From Oligoflexales bacterium (lineage in GTDB: Bacteria > Bdellovibrionota_B > Oligoflexia > Oligoflexales > RGVZ01), in assembly GCA_044236265.1 (NCBI GenBank), contig JBIIGV010000098.1:1-10527 (forward strand): a stretch of 10,527 bases of DNA. Reading direction: 5' to 3'. The notes beneath the pieces were generated by a model that ran no database searches, had not been told where the DNA came from, and saw only the letters and a list, made by a program, of their open reading frames with translations. Below are positions 7,554 to 10,527 of the stretch, in pieces. A program made the position numbers and the translations under genes. Each line of letters begins with the position of its first letter. The stretch's first letter is position 1.

Positions 7554-7876
7554 ATATTTTTAATGCCAAAGATTCTTTTTTTAAATCCTGTAACCGCTCA
7601 CGTATCTCCGTACAATAGAGTGTTGAACCATTATTTATTTACCGATTGTGAGCCCTTGATGAATCCCTATTGGCATTTGTTCGTAAGATCCGAAGGTCCC
7701 AGGCCCCTTTTCTTCGCCCGTGTAACACCGGAGTTCCCTGAAGTCCATCTGGAAAATGACGTCTATTAGCTGACATTAACGGGCTGAAACCTATCGGAAA
7801 TACCGCGTATTTTCATCTCGCAAGGCATCTTGTCGACGAGACTTCAGGGCGAAGTGTGTAAAAACGGGGTGTCCCA

Positions 7877-8476
7877 ATGGGCGTCAATAAGATCAAAGAT
7901 CAGAAAAAAAATCGCGCTTTGTTTATCAAGCAATTTCTTGAGCGCCCAGGAGAAGTTGCGTCAATTATCCCATCTTCAGATGAACTGGTCGGCGCGTTGA
8001 TTGCCGGTGTCAATTACAAAGAATTAAACTTGGTTGTTGAATACGGGCCAGGGACAGGAGTCATCACGGAGGCTCTGCGCCCAAGACTTCGCAAGGAGGC
8101 CATCTACCTAGCTGCTGAACCCAACAGCGCATTCAGGCAACATTTGTCAGCATCAGGCCTTGAAATAGAGTTGCTAGCTGACTACGCGCAAAATATTTCT
8201 GAGAGGGTTTTGAATAACTATGGACAAGCTGATCTCGTCGTTTCTGGAATACCGTGCTCCGTCATTCCCGTCGAAAGTTTAAGATCGATATTTGAGTCGA
8301 CCCACAAAATTCTTCGAGTCGGTGGAGAGTTTCGGATGTTTATCTACACCCACACATTTGTGATGCCAAAAATCCATGGAATGCTTGAAGACCTGAGAGG
8401 GCAGTTCACATCAGTAAACACTCAAGCCGTTTGGCTAAACCTACCGCCTGCAACCGTGATCAAATGCATCAAGTAA
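7877..8476 (+). CDS. Class I SAM-dependent methyltransferase, phospholipid N-methyltransferase (PmtA)-like
   Basis: FIKQFLERPGEVASIIPSS N-terminus, SAM motif VVEYGPGTG, VVSGIP and C-terminal VWLNLPPA, all typical of the COG3963-type family. Confidence 0.85.
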   Translation: MGVNKIKDQKKNRALFIKQFLERPGEVASIIPSSDELVGALIAGVNYKELNLVVEYGPGTGVITEALRPRLRKEAIYLAAEPNSAFRQHLSASGLEIELLADYAQNISERVLNNYGQADLVVSGIPCSVIPVESLRSIFESTHKILRVGGEFRMFIYTHTFVMPKIHGMLEDLRGQFTSVNTQAVWLNLPPATVIKCIK

Positions 8477-8479
8477 CGC

Positions 8480-9115
8480 TCATGTCAGATGCATCGTTAA
8501 ATCGTTGACGCTATGCGCTGTCAGCGCACCAAAACGACAGTTTTCACCTTGACGATAACCATGCCAATTTGCGCGAATCACATCGACTCCTGCAGCGCGA
8601 GCCGCCATAACGTCAACATCGTGGTCGCCGATCATGACCATGTCGGTAGTGGTTCCACCCAGTTGCTCAGCAATCGCAAATAAACCCTCTGGGTCAGGCT
8701 TATGTTTCTTTACGCAGTCAGCAGCGACGACCACATCGAAAAATTTATCTAGTTGATTTCTAGCAAGAAGCGTCAATGCTGAGGATCGATCGCGACTGGT
8801 CCAGACCGCAATTTTTCGCCCCTGCAGTTTCAGGGTCTCGAGGACTCCGTAAAATCCATCGAAAACAGGAATATGATGAAGATCAATAGCGCTCTGCTCT
8901 TTCAAATAGTCCAAGGCAGAGTTCACGGCAGATTCATCTAATCGTGGCGCCAGAAACGCCTTGGCGGAAAGACCAGAAGCCAGCGCCTTCTCCTCATCGG
9001 TCAACACCATTTGATGACGGTGAAAAATCTTATCTAAAATTGAAAAATAAAAAGGCGTCGATGCGAGGATGGTACCATCAAGGTCAAAAACCACTATTTT
9101 TCTATCGCGCGGCAT
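8480..9115 (-). CDS. HAD-superfamily hydrolase, subfamily IA (Gph/PpaX-like phosphatase)
   Basis: Motif I VFDLDGT, motif II WTS, motif III HKPDP, motif IV IGDHDVD; AGGGG upstream. Confidence 0.92.
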   Translation of the reverse strand: MPRDRKIVVFDLDGTILASTPFYFSILDKIFHRHQMVLTDEEKALASGLSAKAFLAPRLDESAVNSALDYLKEQSAIDLHHIPVFDGFYGVLETLKLQGRKIAVWTSRDRSSALTLLARNQLDKFFDVVVAADCVKKHKPDPEGLFAIAEQLGGTTTDMVMIGDHDVDVMAARAAGVDVIRANWHGYRQGENCRFGALTAHSVNDLTMHLT

Positions 9116-9147
9116 AAAAAACCCCTACAACAGATACCTTGCAGCTT

Positions 9148-9501
9148 TTAAACAAATTGCAAACCACACTCCGGACACGCTTCATGAGCCGTCGAAAAGC
9201 ACGTTCCGCAAGCCGGACATGTCGCCTCGCCTTGACTTGGATCATAAACCTTTTCGATCTGCTCTAAATTAACACCCATCTCATTGAGCATCGCTAAACG
9301 CTCTTCCTGAATGCAACGCTTTATGACGGGGATATCATCCACATGAGCCCATATCTCTTTACTAGGACTGCAGCCGGTGGTGCATGTTGAATGGTTATAT
9401 ATCGTCGCAATGTTTATACCCTGCGCGCCCAGCCGAGATGCGAGGATTTCAGCATCACGCACTCCCAAGACCGCCAAAAGAACTTTGTCATCTGGACTCA
9501 T
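9148..9501 (-). CDS. Small cysteine-rich hypothetical protein with a C-terminal zinc ribbon
   Basis: CTTGC plus CPACG...CPECG. ATG 9501 has GGAGG upstream and overlaps the upstream TGA (ATGA), so it is preferred to the track's TTG at 9513. Confidence 0.8.
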   Translation of the reverse strand: MSPDDKVLLAVLGVRDAEILASRLGAQGINIATIYNHSTCTTGCSPSKEIWAHVDDIPVIKRCIQEERLAMLNEMGVNLEQIEKVYDPSQGEATCPACGTCFSTAHEACPECGLQFV

Positions 9502-10526
9502 CGCCCCCTCCAATGGCTCTGATAAGCTTCACCATCGCAGTCTACGACGCTTGTTGCGTCAAGGATTCTGCGGCGACGCTCATCCGTCAAGTCTTCGGCA
9601 CCATCCGTTGCAGCCGCAAATAGTCGATCCACAGTAGCGTAATCATAGCTTTGCCAAGCTCCAGTCTGGAGATTATACATCTCCAACTTTGAAGTGCATG
9701 CAAGGCTGCGCTGATCAAAACCAAGGATTTGCCACGGACTATTGGGCAATCGAACTCGCAGCTCTTTAGACTGGGAGTCAAATATCGTCTGAAATGCGGT
9801 AAAGCCTTGTAGAGCTACATCGTCAATCGCTTCAACTAACTGCCACTCATGCGCAAAAGAGTCGCGATTGGCTAGCCTTATATAGCGATTTATGGACTGA
9901 TAACCATGAGGCACCGCCTCAGATCCTGAACTTTGCCAACTTCGCAACGCTTCACTGGAAGCTCGAAAACTTGAATTTGTAGCTGCGCGAACTACCTGGG
10001 GATCTAATTGGTGAATAACCGGCTGACCGCGCTCGAACTCGACGATGATGCAGGTGTGACGTGCATCACACAAATACCAATGCAAATAAGCTGACACCTT
10101 TTCTATACCGAAGTCGCCAGCATGAGCGATCACTTCCTCCACAGTCGCGAATTGATCCAGCTGATACTGAAGCCACGAGACTTCCGCAATCACACCAAGC
10201 GGACCTTGCCTCGGGTAATCGGCTGGCGCCACCAAGACAATCCCCATCAGTCCGGCTTCATTGAGTCCCTGCATGGGAAAATCCCGTCCAAACTGACTCA
10301 CCGTCAGACTGGCATACTTTGACCGCCATGATGCGGTGGCACCATCTTGATGAAACCTAATGGACTGCTTACGCTGGCCGCGAGGTGACTCGAAAACAAT
10401 ACCTCCGCGCGCGGTCCAGTCATAATTGGCAGCGACCAAAGATAATGAATTTGCAGATGATGTGACCGCGCTACATGCTTGAACGCGGTCTGCTTTTTGA
10501 ATCACTAAAAGCATCGCCAACAGAAG
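9498..10526 (-). CDS. Linear amide C-N hydrolase (choloylglycine hydrolase / penicillin V acylase, C59 Ntn family), probably exported; 5' end likely outside the window
   Basis: Hydrophobic stretch then VQA|CSAV (N-terminal nucleophile Cys at 10473-10475), NYDW, GLNEAGL, LQYQLD, ATNS and SINRY. The frame stays open to the window edge. Confidence 0.88.
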   Translation of the reverse strand, partial: LLLAMLLVIQKADRVQACSAVTSSANSLSLVAANYDWTARGGIVFESPRGQRKQSIRFHQDGATASWRSKYASLTVSQFGRDFPMQGLNEAGLMGIVLVAPADYPRQGPLGVIAEVSWLQYQLDQFATVEEVIAHAGDFGIEKVSAYLHWYLCDARHTCIIVEFERGQPVIHQLDPQVVRAATNSSFRASSEALRSWQSSGSEAVPHGYQSINRYIRLANRDSFAHEWQLVEAIDDVALQGFTAFQTIFDSQSKELRVRLPNSPWQILGFDQRSLACTSKLEMYNLQTGAWQSYDYATVDRLFAAATDGAEDLTDERRRRILDATSVVDCDGEAYQSHWRGR

Positions 10527-10527
10527 A

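Noticed and set aside
7563..7769. 68-aa ORF in the intergenic region
   Set aside because: No SD (T-rich upstream) and no recognisable features; cannot be supported.
7783..7809. TPP riboswitch-like string GCTGAAACCTATCGGAAATACCGCGTA
   Set aside because: It lacks the CTGAGA motif, the G of ACCTGA, and the downstream AGG needed to close the helix, and there is no thiamine gene downstream.
6126..7876. CRISPR array or IS element
   Set aside because: No regularly spaced direct repeats, and no cas or transposase ORF.

Overview
Bacterial chromosomal window. The gene content (divergent unknown lipoproteins, a GFGxGHxxQ membrane protein, a CxxC-rich small protein) suggests a Bdellovibrionota/deltaproteobacterial-type genome; this is inference only. 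The left part is housekeeping: the tail of an upstream CDS, low-specificity L-threonine aldolase, NAD-type GAPDH (true start 1309), a pentapeptide-repeat protein and tRNA-Cys(GCA). The middle (about 2.93-7.87 kb) looks accessory: two divergent unknown lipoproteins (one with a caspase/gingipain-like His-Cys motif pair), an exported or membrane protein, and long intergenic regions. These contain an 83-bp ungapped inverted repeat pair (6224-6306 / 6586-6668, 65/83 identical), a possible diverged third copy near 7402-7464, and a ~165-nt nested stem-loop element before a PmtA-like methyltransferase. The right part is a minus-strand operon: an Ntn (C59) hydrolase cut by the window edge, a zinc-ribbon protein and a HAD phosphatase. 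No integrase, transposase or CRISPR array was seen. All counts were made by hand and no searches were run.
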